A DNA stretch of 64,000 nt, taken from NCBI RefSeq assembly GCF_964213995.1, contig NC_135830.1, forward strand, positions 7,378,001-7,442,000, read 5' to 3'. Positions 23,258 through 35,906 of this stretch are shown here, piece after piece. The DNA is from Mustelus asterias. Taxonomy: Eukaryota. The translations under genes were made by a program, and so were the position numbers. The notes beneath the pieces were generated by a model. That model was not told the origin of the DNA and ran no database searches. It worked only from the letters and a program-made list of their open reading frames with translations. How positions within the stretch are numbered: position 1 is the stretch's first letter; every line of letters starts with the position of its first letter.

Positions 23258-23329
23258 GCTTCACTGGTGTAATGATGAGCACTCTGGACTTCGAATCCAG
23301 CGTGCCGAGTTCAAACCTCGGTGGAAATT
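23258..23329 (+). pseudogene. tRNA-Gln-derived pseudogene with TCG at the anticodon position
   Basis: CTGGA-CT-TCG-AA-TCCAG arm and T arm intact; acceptor stem mismatched. Confidence 0.7.
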
Positions 23330-23726
23330 TGTTTTGCTAAAGCCGGCGATTGGTTTGCTAAAGGACATTTTATTTAAAATTCTCAGAAAGTGGAATTTTA
23401 AACTCTGAGGAAATCTCAGCAAATCCCACCGAAATCACATTGCAGACGATGCAGCGAATGACTCTCCTGGTGACATTGCATCATACCCATCGAACGACTG
23501 CACAAGAAAGCAAAGCTTTCACAGGCAGAGACGCCACAATGGGCAGAGGGTCCACCTATAGGTGTCCCTCACTCACTCATCTGTCCCAATTTAAAGAAGA
23601 GGTGGGACGGTGAGAATAGTCGCTCCTCTGAAATTCCAACTCACATTACTGAATTCAATGCCCAGAGTAAACTTTATAACATGAAACTGAAAGGACTCTG
23701 CCGATGGCACGAGGACTTTCTCCCAA

Positions 23727-24700
23727 AACACACACACACATACACACACACACACACACTTTCTCTCTCTCAGGTGCGCACACACCATTACACACGCACA
23801 CAATAACACACGCACACACACAATCACACACAATCACACACACACACACTAAATCACACACACAAAATCACGCACACAATCACACGCACAATCACACGCA
23901 CACAATCGCACACAATCACACACAGACACACATACACGCACTCAATCGCAAACACACACAAACACATAATCACACATACAAACACACGGACACACATACA
24001 CGCACACAATCACACGAACAATCACGCAGGCACACATACACGCACACAATCACACACACACACACACACACAGACACACGCGCATACGCGCACACAATCC
24101 CACACACACAAATGCACACAATCGCATACACACACACACACACACACACAAAGATAACGCGGTTCGTACAGATTCAGGGGCACACACAGATTCAGGGGCA
24201 CTCACGGATAGCGGGGCACACAGATACAGGAGCACACACACACAGACTCAGAAACTGGGGCATACAGAGATACGGGGGCACACACAGATTCAGGGGCATG
24301 CACAGCGTAAGTGGGGCAAACACAGACTCAGGGCACATGCAGGTGCAGGCGCACACACACAGATACTGGGGCATACACAGATACAAGGGCACATACAGAA
24401 TCAGGGCATACACACAGAGATACTGGGGCATACACAGCTACAAGGGCGCACACAGAATCAGGGGCATACACACAGAGATACTGGGGCATACTCACAGAGA
24501 TACTGAGGCATGCACAGATACAAGGGCACAAACAGAATCAGGGGCATACGCACAGAGATGTGGAGCATACATAGACACTGGGGCATACAAACAATCAGGG
24601 GCATGCACACAAAGATAGTGGGGCTTACACGGATACAGGGGCTTACACAGATTCAGGGACGTACACAGCGATACAGGGACATCATCGGAGATAGAAGCGC
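23727..24700. repeat. CA-rich microsatellite grading into a GGGGCATACACAGATAC-type minisatellite
   Basis: Directly visible; explains the H/T-rich spurious ORFs. Confidence 0.9.
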
Positions 24701-26821
24701 ACAGTGATGTGACCACAGATGGTGCCAAACCGACTGAGAACTTACAAAGTCTGCTGTTTATATTTTTGTTCTCGGTTTTTTTGTTACATATCACACACAG
24801 CAAGTCGGCAATGATCAGTAGATTGAGGACAGGGTTAAACATTCACCAGACTGACATATTTAGCACCGTAAAATTCTGAGATAGAAAGTAGTGAATTTAA
24901 ACTAATCGTGCGTCAGTTCCTTTCACTGCCATAGAACATAGAACATGACAGCGCAGCACAGGCCCTTCGGCCCTCGATGTTGCGCCGAACTGTGAAACCA
25001 ATCGAAAGCCCATCTAACCTATACTATTCCAACATCATCCATATGTTTATCCGATGAGCATTTAAATGCCCTGTCTGCTCTGTGTTGCCTTGTATGTTTC
25101 ACTGGAGCGAGAGTGATGAGTTTGGAGGATTTTGGAATTTGGAAGATACACATGAGCAGCTTATGGGATTGTTTCACCTCGCTGTCTATTTCATGTACCG
25201 GGTAACAGCAACCGCTGTTACTGGCGGAAGGAGCCACTCCTGTTCCATCGAAACATGGCATTTTGTCAGTCTCTGGTATGAAAAAATACTGGAATGGAGC
25301 TGAAGCGCAAAAGTAGTACAGATCGGTGAGATGAAAGTGCAGACAGACGCCTTCCCTGATTCGATGCTTCTACTGTCGCGGCCCGCGTTCAATCCCCAGT
25401 CCGGGATGCAGCTCCATTGTTCTCGTACAGCACATGAATGGAAAGGAGCTGGAATTGCTTCCAGATACAGATGCGCATATGTGGACATACTATCTACACG
25501 ATCTGGTATTACGTCTCTACTTCCTGATCGAAATCATGAGTGATACTCATGCCGGTTTGCAAAACAAGAATCAAATCTCTGTCTCGCTCCGCAATCCTAT
25601 CAATTGCCCCCAACAATTTATATTCCATTGCCTCTGCTGGTTCATTTTATCAAAATGAATAATGATGCATTCTATACATTAACTCTGAGCCATGATATGA
25701 TCGAGGGAAGGTATTTCATGACGTTTAAACTAAAACAATTGAAATTTCTACAGCAATGAGATTGGATCCCAAGCCTCCACAAAACCTCAATTCATTCCCT
25801 CGGACAACTCCTCAACTTTACCAGTAGGGAAATACATTCGGTTGCTTTTGGCAGTGAACAGAATCGATGGTGTTGGAGTGGATCATATTTCCCTTTGCAC
25901 CTCCTCTACCACATAATAACCTCGTGTTGGATCGCCAGCTCAACACCAATTTCCCACCTCGTCCCGACTTCATTTTATTCCCTGAGAGTTCAAAAATCTC
26001 ACCATCTCAGCCTTCAACATTCTCATTGGTTGAGGATCCACAAACCCCTGGGCAACAGAATTCCAATGATTCACAAGCCTTGGAGCGAAGAACTGGCTCC
26101 TTACCTCGGTCCTAAATGTCTGACACACCAGTCGGAAAATGTAAGTCCTGTTCTCGACACTCCACCCGGGAAACCGGTGGTTGGGGGGCGGGGGAGAGAG
26201 GCGGGGCGGGGGGGGGGGGGGGGGGGGGCGGCGGATGGCGCCGGGGTGGGGTGGGGGAGGCGGGGAGGGTGTGCAATCTCTCAGCATGTACACTGTCAAA
26301 CTCACTGGCAGTTCCAGCCTTTTCAATGAGATAATTTCTCATTATTCCAAACCCTAGAGAGAACATAGTCATCCCACTGAATCCCTCCTCCAAGGGCAAC
26401 TGCCTCATCACAGCAATCAATCCAGTGAACTTTGGTTACACAAACAGCGAGAGCTTAGAGAGAAATAAGAGCATAATAGGGAAAGGAGATGGAGGCACAG
26501 AGAGATTAGGAGAGTGAAAGAGACTGAGGTCGATACACAGAAGCAAGGGGAAACATAAAGAGACAGAGAGTTGAGTAGTCAGCCATAACACACGAATGAA
26601 CAACCAGGGGCCGGAACCCACAAGCATTGGGTCCTCTGAATCGTTGACTAGGTATAAAGAGAATGTCCACAAGAGTAGTGAACATTTGAAAACGTCTTGA
26701 ATTAGTTGTGAGTGCGTTGGGTTGTTGGATTGCCTGCATTGTCAGGTTCTCAAACCAAACCGCATCCTGCCGTGTGCACGGCAAAGAAATGAACAAAACT
26801 TGGCCATCGCAAACAACAACA

Positions 26822-26911
26822 GGACTCGCCCGGAATTCGAACCCGGGCTTTCTCGCAGCCTTGCGAATCCCGACAAATAAAGCGAGAATCAAACCCCCAA
26901 ACCAACGAGCT
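26822..26911 (-). pseudogene. Intron-bearing tRNA-Pro pseudogene
   Basis: GCTCGTTGGTTTGGGGGTTTGATTCTCGCTTTATT[TGTCGGGATTCGCAAGGC]TGCGAG; anticodon mutated. Confidence 0.7.
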
Positions 26912-27850
26912 GCGGTTGCGAAAGCTGTTCCAATACAGATACTTATATTGTCATCTAAATCTGATCAGTCTGAAAGCGCTGGAAACACTCAGGAAGCCAG
27001 GCAGCATGAGCGCACAGGGAAAGGTTTCTCTTTTTACACCTCCATAACCTTTCATTTAAATGGATGTTTGGAAATGTCGGAAGTTTTAAACAAGTGAAAT
27101 CGAGGAGCTAGGAAACACAACAACAGGAAAGGGCTGTGATCGGGTACAATTCAGGAGAGATAAATGAGCCTGCACTTTGCGGTCCATGGCCTGAGCGTGA
27201 GGAAAGCAGAATATCACATAATATTTATACCACAGAATGAGACCATTCACAAGATCTTTGAAGCAGTCAGGTGTGCTGTGGATAATAGGGAACAGGTGGG
27301 TGTACTGTATAGTGATGACACAGGAGCCGCAGTGATGAGTTTGATAGATTTTGGTAATTGAAAGTAACACATGAGCAGCTTGTGTGACTGTTTCACCTCA
27401 TTGCCCCTTTCATACTGCAACGAACAGTAATCGTTGTTGCCATTGGATAAAGGAGTCACTTATGTTCTACCTGAACAGAACATTTTGAAAGAGAGACTTG
27501 CCTCTTGTGGAAATAGATCTGACATGAAAATAATGAAATGTAAAATGAAGGAAATTAGATTAAATATCAAACGTATTAGAAATATTGGGGCATCCAACCT
27601 ATTCGAAATATTGGGTTCACAAGAAGTGACATGAATTGATGTTGTGATCGCAGATATAGAACTGGAACCCACCATCACACTGAGTGAATCCGCTGTCTCG
27701 TTAAATGTTGACCAAAGAAAATTTTTGACCATCTTCCACATTGGAAAGTACGGGAGCTCAGACAATAAGCTGTCTCCACTCACAAATAACAGAAAGGGTC
27801 AATTTCATCTCGCAACTTTAAGCCTTTACCATCTTCTGTACATTAATCAT

Positions 27851-28210
27851 GGGGCGGCACGGTAGCACAGTGTTTAGCACTGCTGCTTCACAGCTCCACG
27901 GTAGCACAGTGGTTAGCAGTGCTGCTTCGCAGCTCCAGAGTCCCGGGTTCGATTCCCGGCTCGGGTCACTGTCTGTGTGGAGTTTGCACATTCCCCTCGT
28001 GTCTGCGTGGGTTTCCTCCTGGTGCTCCGGTTTTCGTCCACAGATGTGCGGGTTAGGTTGATAGGCCAGGTTAACAATTGTCCCTTAGAGTCCTGCGATG
28101 CGTAGGTTAGAGGGATTCGTGGGTAAATATGTGGGGATAGGGCCTGGGTGGGATTGTGGTCGGTGCAGACTCGATGGGCCAAATGGCCTCCTTCTGCACT
28201 GCAGGGTTCC
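27851..28210 (+). mobile_element. HE1-like SINE with a tandemly duplicated head
   Basis: CACGGTAGCACAGTG.TTAGCA.TGCTGCTTC.CAGCTC occurs twice (~27858 and ~27897). Confidence 0.9.
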
Positions 28211-28276
28211 AAAAAAAAAGATTTATAAAGTAAGTAAACAGACTGTGTGATGGTTAAATAAAAATGCGTTCCCTCC

Positions 28277-28961
28277 CAGTGGCGGATTAACCATTAGGCT
28301 GAGTAGGTTTAAGCTTAGGGGCCCGGAAGGGAGGGGGGCCCGAAAGCAAAAAAAAAATTGGTTTAACCCTTTTAAGGGTGAACAAATTTTCATAACTCGA
28401 CCCCGTGGATGAATTAATATTACAAATACCTATAAATAGAGAAGCTTCACCCCCGGACTTGTGCTACATGCAAATAAATACAAAATAAATGCAACAAAGA
28501 GTTTATTGTCATGCTATAACATGTATACATACTTATTTTAGTGCATATTTAGTTACATATAGTACTTTTTTCAACATTCACCCTAACATAATATTAGTCC
28601 CACACCCCAGCACGATGACTGTCACCACTGCCTCCAGTGCTATCAACGTATCATCAAATTCACGATCATCATCTGATAATTCACCAACATCAACTTCAAA
28701 ATCCTCGACACCTAAATCACTCCCACTATCATCACTGCATAATCCATCATCAAAACTGTTGTTGAGCGCATTTACCGCCTGTGAAAACGTCAAAACAGAC
28801 TTTCGTTTGCGCGCCATCATCGTACAATGATATGTTATCTAACGTCACTTAACGTATCTTTATTCTATTCAACGAAGGGTGGGACGGGGGCAAGGGGCAA
28901 GGTTTAGGGGGCCTTACCAAAGCTCAGCCTAGGGGTCCGGGTGGTAGTTAATCCACCACTA
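28277..28961. mobile_element. hAT-type non-autonomous DNA transposon
   Basis: TIR CAGTGGCGGATTAAC / GTTAATCCACCACTA; 8-bp TSD TTCCCTCC / TTCACTCC. Confidence 0.8.
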
Positions 28962-29527
28962 TTCACTCCCTTCGGGCCCGTAAACACAGAGGAACAAGCA
29001 TAAGCATAGGCCACGCGAGACAGAAGACGAAGGAGCGACAAAACGGAGTCTTGGTATCAACGGAATAGCTGAAGGGTGGAGCATTTGACTGCAGGTTAAG
29101 AAGTTCCTGCATTCAAATCTGATGCCTCCTTCCACGCTTAACTGATATTTGTTTTTCAATTGAAAACTGCCCTTCATTGGCTGGAAAGCGCTTTCTGACG
29201 TCCGCTGGTCGGGAGAGGTTCGAAATAAATGCAAACATTTCATGATCTTCAATCCCAATCCTCTGTTACTGAGCCCAGTCAGTGGGAACAGTCTGTCCCT
29301 CCCTGCTCTATCAAACGGCCCTTTGCCCATGTTAGGAGAAGGGATTAACCATGTCACCACAGCAACACTGTGGGGTAAAACAGTTAAATGTACATGTTTA
29401 GATTTGTAAACGATACCATCATTTGGTTTTTCTGTGTCAGGTTTGGTGAAAATTGAATTGGCTTCAAATTTGCAGCCAACAAGCTGACACCCTGATTTAG
29501 GATACCATGTGGGCTGTAGTTGCCTCA

Positions 29528-29601
29528 GTCTCTGTGGCGCAATTGGTTATCGCGTTCGGCTGTTAACCGAAAGGGTGGTGGTTCGATCCCATCCAGGGAC
29601 G
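29528..29601 (+). tRNA. tRNA-Asn(GTT), near-intact
   Basis: 74 nt; one D-stem mismatch; TTTTT terminator immediately downstream. Confidence 0.8.
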
Positions 29602-31169
29602 GGTTTTTGCTATTTTTACCCTCTCCATCTGCTTTCATTATCTCTCGGTTTTTGAGTGTCACTGAGGTCCGTGGGCAACACAAGAAAAAACGTATCGTGT
29701 GTTTCTGCCTCTACTGTTAGCCGCCGTCAGTTTATTGAACATTTATCTCTAACATATTATTTGTAACAATTTATATATTTCAAATATTATTAAATTCAAT
29801 GACTGAACTCAAAACTTTAACCCATGTTTGATCTTGAGTTGCCATTTTCCTGCACATTTCCCTTCTTTCTCAGATAGATCAGGAATCTGTCTATCCCAAC
29901 CTAAAATGTGTTCATTGAGGGAAATACACAGCAAATCGGCAAAGATCAGTGGAATGAGGACTGAGTTAAACTTTCACCAGAATGCTGTTTTTATAATTGC
30001 AAAGTCATGAGATTGAGTGCAGGTAGTTCACATTTGAGGCGTTTCAGTTCTTTGAGAGATGAATGCCTGCCGTGTTTTACAAGGTGCGTTTCAATGGATC
30101 AGCAATGATGAAATTGGTGGATTTTGGAAATTGAAATTTACACGTGAACAGCTTGTGGGACTATTTCATTTATCATTGCCGTCTTGCGGTGTGTTTTATG
30201 TTCTGATAAAACCTGTATTTATAATACAAGCATTAGATTATGGAAATTTTCAGCAGGTTTGGCAGAATCTGTGGACACGCATCGAATTCTAAACTCTTCC
30301 ATGTGTCACCTGTGTTTCTGCAGTGTACTGATTACTGTGTTCGAAATAACTGACAAAACCTTTTCAAAACAGCTGTCCCATCTCTACGTGTTATTAAATC
30401 TTAAGGAATCACATTATCTCACAGCCATGTGGTATTTACACTTCCCCAATGCTTGAATAATATTCTGCAACTGCCGTCATGGAGAAAGCGATACAATTCA
30501 GGACAAATGTTATTTTCTGAATCTTATGTTAGATCAATGACTCTGCCACATGGCTAAGGTTTTCAACCGAATTATAATTCTACAAAACAAGGATTTAAAT
30601 TGCAATCAGACTGTACGGCTTGCTATTCTAGGCCGGTCACATTGGTCATGAGCAGAGTTTTGTAGGAGTTAACATGTTCACTTCATTGGCTCCACGATTC
30701 AAAATAAGGTTGAAACATAATCGAAAATATTATTATTTTTTTAATTTTCCCCGAAATTGAATTAAAGCATTCTTAGAGAGTTTAAAAGATTTAGAATGAA
30801 GTTTTAGAAGCATAGAGCAAGACGAAAAGATAGAGTTAGAAGGTATACTGGTCACTGCTTCCAAGAGGTCGCCTCGCTCGGGCGCCATCTTGCATCAATT
30901 CTGTAGCGGCATAGAGGTCTGTGAATCTTCAGCTGATGAAGACATTGAAGGTTGAGGTGGAGAGTTGTTGGAATCTAAGTGAATGGAGGGCTGTTGGTAT
31001 AAGCTGGGAAATTGGGGTTGAGGCTGTGGATCTGACTTGATTCTGTCATGGAGGAGGCTCAATGGTTCATGTGACCCTATTCTACTCCATTGATGCTGTT
31101 CATTGGCAATACCAGATACGGCATCAATAGGTTCTGCTGGTACCATTGATGAGCTCAGGGCAGTAATGA

Positions 31170-31375
31170 TGTGGAGTTGCCGGCGCTGGACTGGGGTAGG
31201 CACAGTAAATAATCTCACAGCACCAGGTTAAAGTCCAACAGGTTCATTTGGTAGCACAAGCTTTCGAAGCAAGCCTCTTCATCACGTGAGTCACCTGATT
31301 CGGACAGTGCTCCGAAAGCTCGTGCTACCAAATAAACCTGTTGGACTTTAACCTGGTGCTGTGAGACTACTGACA
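31170..31375. mobile_element. Palindromic Penelope-derived element (family A), best-preserved copy
   Basis: TCTCACAGCACCAGGTTAAAGTCCAACAGGTT...AACCTGTTGGACTTTAACCTGGTGCTGTGAGA; further copies near 35505, 36190, 47200 and 47950. Confidence 0.8.
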
Positions 31376-31551
31376 GGGCAGTGATAGTAGTTGAAGCGTG
31401 TGATCGAATCTCATCACCGTTATATGTCCAGTTCCTTAACTTTATGAAATACCTTTGTTATCGCACAAATTCCAATGGAGCGCAAATGTAAATTATTGTT
31501 TGCAATTGATGGGTTTGTGGAACCAGTTTCCTTGAATCATTGCATCGCAAT

Positions 31552-31622
31552 GTTTCTGTGGTGTAGTGGTTGTCACATTCGCCTTACACACGAAAGATCC
31601 CTGGTTTGATCGCGGCAGAAAT
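31552..31622 (+). pseudogene. tRNA-Val pseudogene (TAC at the anticodon position)
   Basis: GTTTCTGTGGTGTAGTGGTTGTCACATTCGCCTTACACACGAAAG; T arm damaged. Confidence 0.7.
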
Positions 31623-31690
31623 ACTTTCATCATAAACAGAAAAGGTTGGAAGGTCTAAAGAGACATGACAGCATCTGTGGAGAGAGGAAA

Positions 31691-31730
31691 GAGCCAAACT
31701 TTCAAGTCTGGATGACCCTTCGTCAGAGCT
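31691..31730 (-). ncRNA. Minimal type-I hammerhead ribozyme-like motif in a family-B repeat
   Basis: Reverse complement AGCT-CTGACGA-A-GGGTC-ATCCA-GACTT-GAAA-GTTT-GGCT contains the CUGANGA and GAAA cores and stems I and II. Confidence 0.55.
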
Positions 31731-32757
31731 CCGGACTCGAAACGATGGCTCTATTCTCTCTCGACAGCTGCTGTCAGACCTGCTAAGATTTTCCAGCATT
31801 TTTCTATTTTTGTTTCAGGTTCCAGCATCCGCAGTATTTTGCCTTCACAAAAAATAACAAAAGCTTTTAATTTCAGAGGGATTCGACTACTGGAATTATT
31901 TGCGCGTTTGTCACTAAACATGAACTGACCGACTGAGTATTCCCAGTATTTTCTGATTGTAAAGTGAGGAATCACTGAGCGAAAGGGGAAAAAAAAGGAT
32001 TTTTGTGATAGGGCACAAAGCAGGATGGATTACATGACACCATGAATGGTGGAAAAGACAACATCGAGGAAGTGATGGTGGAGCCTGGGTGGTCTAGTGG
32101 TTCAGAGTCAATGTTTCCATAGCTATGGCCCGGAATTGATGATAAACTGTAAACTAAACAGAGCACTTTGCTCAGCACGGACTGAATTTCTGGAGATGAA
32201 AGTATCTGAACATAAAGGAAGAAAGCATAATTTGCTTCAGTTGGTCATAAGATGTTAGAATGACTGTGTGACAATGTCAGTAGCGAAAGTGACTTGAAAT
32301 GAAGCGGTGGAGACAGAGATGGTTATCAAAGAATTTCAAATCTCTGATATTAGCTTCCCTGGCATGCCGTGGTCAGGTTTCATCGCCATGTTCCACGTTG
32401 GAGTACCAGGCAAGTAGCGAATAACTTCTTATTTAACTCTTCATTAAACGAAAGCACGCCTCACAGTGTCTGTTAAGGGAGAAACAAGATCAATCTTCAG
32501 CTGTATGAATTGTATTAGAGCCGGAAAAATCAGAGATGTAACAATACAAACTCTGAAGAAGAATGACACGGCAGACATTTATCACAAAAACAACTGACAC
32601 ACATGTCAAATTCTTCCTCTTTCAAGTCTCATCGATTGACGCCTTGTTCTCCACCTCGGATATTTCCACATCCATCAAATATCACCCACCTGAAAATTCA
32701 ATCTCTTCTTCGCTCCACTGATGATGATACACCAACTCCACGCTGGGCGCAGGAATT

Positions 32758-32780
32758 GGCTCCATAGCTCAGTGGTTGCA
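32758..32780 (+). pseudogene. tRNA-Thr 5' remnant, truncated next to a SINE
   Basis: GGCTCCATAGCTCAGTGGTT; upstream flank paralogous to 44289. Confidence 0.6.
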
Positions 32781-32792
32781 TCAGTTGGACAG

Positions 32793-33087
32793 TTTAAAGT
32801 TTATTTATTAGTGCCACAATTAAGCTTACATTAACACCGCAATGAGGTTTCTGTGACAAGTACGTCATCGGCAGAACCGGCACCTTCTCGGGAAAATTGA
32901 CAGCTAATTTAGCATGGCCAATGTACCTAACCAGCACATCTTTCACTCTGTGGGAATAAGAAGGGGCACCCGCAGGAAACCCACGCAACACGGGGAAAGC
33001 ATGCAGACTCTGCACAGACAGTAACCAATGCCGGGAATTGAAACCGGGCCCCTGGCGCTGTGAGGCATCAGTGCCACCATGTTGCCC
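32793..33087 (-). mobile_element. V-SINE-type SINE
   Basis: AATTTAGCATGGCCAAT...GCAGACTCTGCACAGAC...GCTGTGAGGCA. Confidence 0.75.
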
Positions 33088-34620
33088 AGAAAGATCTTAT
33101 CTTGTTCATAAACGGAGAAAGAGCAGACAATGTTTGTAAAGGTGACCTAGTTCTTTTTTAATTGATTAGAAATGGGTGTCGCTGCCGGCCAGCATTTATT
33201 GCCCATCCTGGTTGCCCTGGGACAGTTAGGATCAAACACTTTGCTGCAGCTCTGGAATCAATGTAGGCCAAGACGGATAAGGGACGGCAGATTTCCTTCC
33301 GTAAAGCACATTACCGAACTCAATGTTTGTTTTTCCGACAATCGACAATGGTTTCATGGTCATCAGTAGATTCTTAATTCCAGATAGTTTTTATTGAAAA
33401 ACAATTCTACAACGTGCCGTGGCAGGATTCAAAAGCGGGGCCCCATAAAATTGGATGAGTTTCTGGATAAATAATCTCGCGATAATATCACCAGGCCATC
33501 GTCTTTCCTAATATAAGCGTTTGTCTTGAGAGATTTGGGTGTGTTTGTACAAGGAACGCAGGAAGATAGCATGGTGGTGCAGCAAACAATAGGAAGGGAA
33601 TAGCATTTTGGTTTTTATTGCCAACAGATTGCTGTACAAGAATAAAAACACCAATTTACATTTATACAGGGTTTTGTTGGGAGCAAGTGTGAAATATTCG
33701 GTGCAGTTCTGATATCCACAATGCTTTTTATTTTAGAAAAAGGCTACCCTTCCAATGGAGACGGTCCACTGGGTAGGTTCCTGTGATGAGAGAGTTCTCC
33801 TGGGATGAGAGGCTGTGTAAATTGGGCTGAAATTCCCTGGAGTTTAGAAGACTGAGAGACAATTTTATTGAACCTACAGAATACTGAGAGATTGTTTCCC
33901 AGTCTCAGATGAGGACTCATCGGAGAACTGACACAAACACATCCAGCCAAGACTCTAATTCTTAACTTTAATTGCATATTTGAAATGAATATATATTATA
34001 CCTTGTGATATGGATGATATGAATATTCATTAAATAAATAATGTTGACAACACCTGACAACAGTCGAGCGGCAACACTTGAGAAATATTTTTATTGTTGC
34101 CGCGGTTCACAAGCCGGAACTGCGCGACAATGAATGCTTATGGGGAAAATAAAAGTACAACGACCGCCTCTGGATGGTACTGAGCCACCAAACATTTGCT
34201 TAAAGTCGAACGCAATAACGAATTCCGCAATTAAGACGAAGGCACACTATATTAGGGTGTCAACGAGTGCTGTTATATATCCAACCCCAATTCTCTTTTT
34301 TAAAAACATAGTCGAGAACTACAACATGACCACATCGTTTACAATACTATGCAAACCCCTTTGACTACTTTACCCCCCACAGTGTTGCAGCGATGTAGGG
34401 GTTTCCCGCTTCTCCCAACATGGGAAAGGGCCGTTTGATAGAGCAGAAAGAGACAAACTGTTTCTATTGACGATTGTCAGTAACCAAAAATTGGGACTGA
34501 AGGTAATTTATGAAAGACAGAATTGTATTTCTGTGACGCCTTTCCCGGTTGGTGGACGTCACAATGCGCTTTGCAGCCAAAGAAAGACAGTCACAATTAG
34601 AAATAAGACAAAGATAAGGA

Positions 34621-34692
34621 AGGGGGCACTCGGATTTGAACCGAGGGCCGTTTGATCTGCAGTCAAACGCTCTACCACTGAGCTACACCCCC
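34621..34692 (-). tRNA. tRNA-Cys(GCA)
   Basis: GGGGGTGTAGCTCAGTGGTAGAGCGTTTGACTGCAGATCAAACGGCCCTCGGTTCAAATCCGAGTGCCCCCT; all stems pair. Confidence 0.9.
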
Positions 34693-35832
34693 TCAGCTGT
34701 GAACTGACGCTCGGGATCCAGCATAGTCTTATTAAGTGGTGGAGGGGGTTCCAGTGGTCAGACTGCATCACGCTTTGTCTCAGAGTTACTGGTTTCTGAG
34801 TGAAGTCGGAGAGCTCAGCGTTTAAGTTAGCGAGATGTTTTCTTGTGATTTGGCTGAGATTTGGATCCAGGTCTGGGAGATGTTTGTGTCAATCTAACCG
34901 ATAAAATCAACTCCATTGTCACACAGATTTGAACTTGTATCCCCATCTCCATTGGCAGCGCTTTGCAGCCTATCACTGTCCTTCACAATCTGTGTTTGTT
35001 CTTGAACTGTTGCCCATGTGACATTTCCAATTCGGACACAAATATAGATCTAACTCCACTGCTTCTGACAGAGCTGTTTTCGACCAGGAAACGACTCAGG
35101 TTTGTTAAATGGATTGTAAAAAACTTTAAATCCTGGCATATCGAAGCCGATATATGACCCTGAAAGCGCCAAATCCTAAGCACTGGACCACCAGGATTTC
35201 ATTCTCCTGGTTCTCCCATAGACTGGATACAGGAATATGCACAGTGCCAATTATTCACAGTCGCATTCTCCTTCCTGTCTTGTGCACGTTGTTCAGCTTT
35301 GAAATTATTCATTTTTTTCACATTAGCTTCCAGTGTGATGAAAGCAGAGCAGTGATAAGCGGAAGTTTTTCAACAGATTTACCACAATAAGGTTTATAGC
35401 AAACATTACTCTTTGAATGTGGTGAGCTACAATGAAATTTAATGCAGTAGAAGGTAAGTCACTCATTCTGACAGTAGGTACCAGCAATTGCAATGTAAAT
35501 ATGATGTCGGGATACCGGCGTTGGACTGGGGTGGGCACAATAAGAAGTCTCACAGCATCATGTTAAAGTCCAACAGGTTCATTTGCTCCGATAATAAAAT
35601 CAATTTGCTTCATTTTATCAGCGCCCCGAAAGCTCCTGACTCCAAATAGACTTGGTGTTGTAAGACTTCCGAACGTAAATATGAATTGTTGTGGGTAATT
35701 GACAGGATTGTGAAATGGGGTAGATTTTTCCTTCTTCCTGTTCAACCTGCCATAAGTATCGCTCCTGTTTTCGACCAGGAAGTAATACCCACTCTCCTTA
35801 ATTCATGTGTTGCACGAGAGCAATGAATCATC

Positions 35833-35906
35833 ATTCCCTGACCGGGGATCGAACCCAGACCATTGCAGTGAAAGCAACAAATTCTATCAACGAAACCAAC
35901 ACGGAA
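35833..35906 (-). pseudogene. tRNA-Glu(TTC) pseudogene (paralog at ~47530-47602)
   Basis: TTCCCTGACCGGGGATCGAACCC...GTGAAAGC is the reverse complement of the Glu 3' half; 5' half decayed. Confidence 0.7.

Noticed and set aside
23704-24618. 304-aa His/Thr-rich ORF
   Set aside because: Translation of a CA microsatellite and minisatellite
24180-24700. Regularly spaced short repeats resembling a CRISPR array
   Set aside because: Eukaryotic minisatellite with no unique spacers and no cas genes
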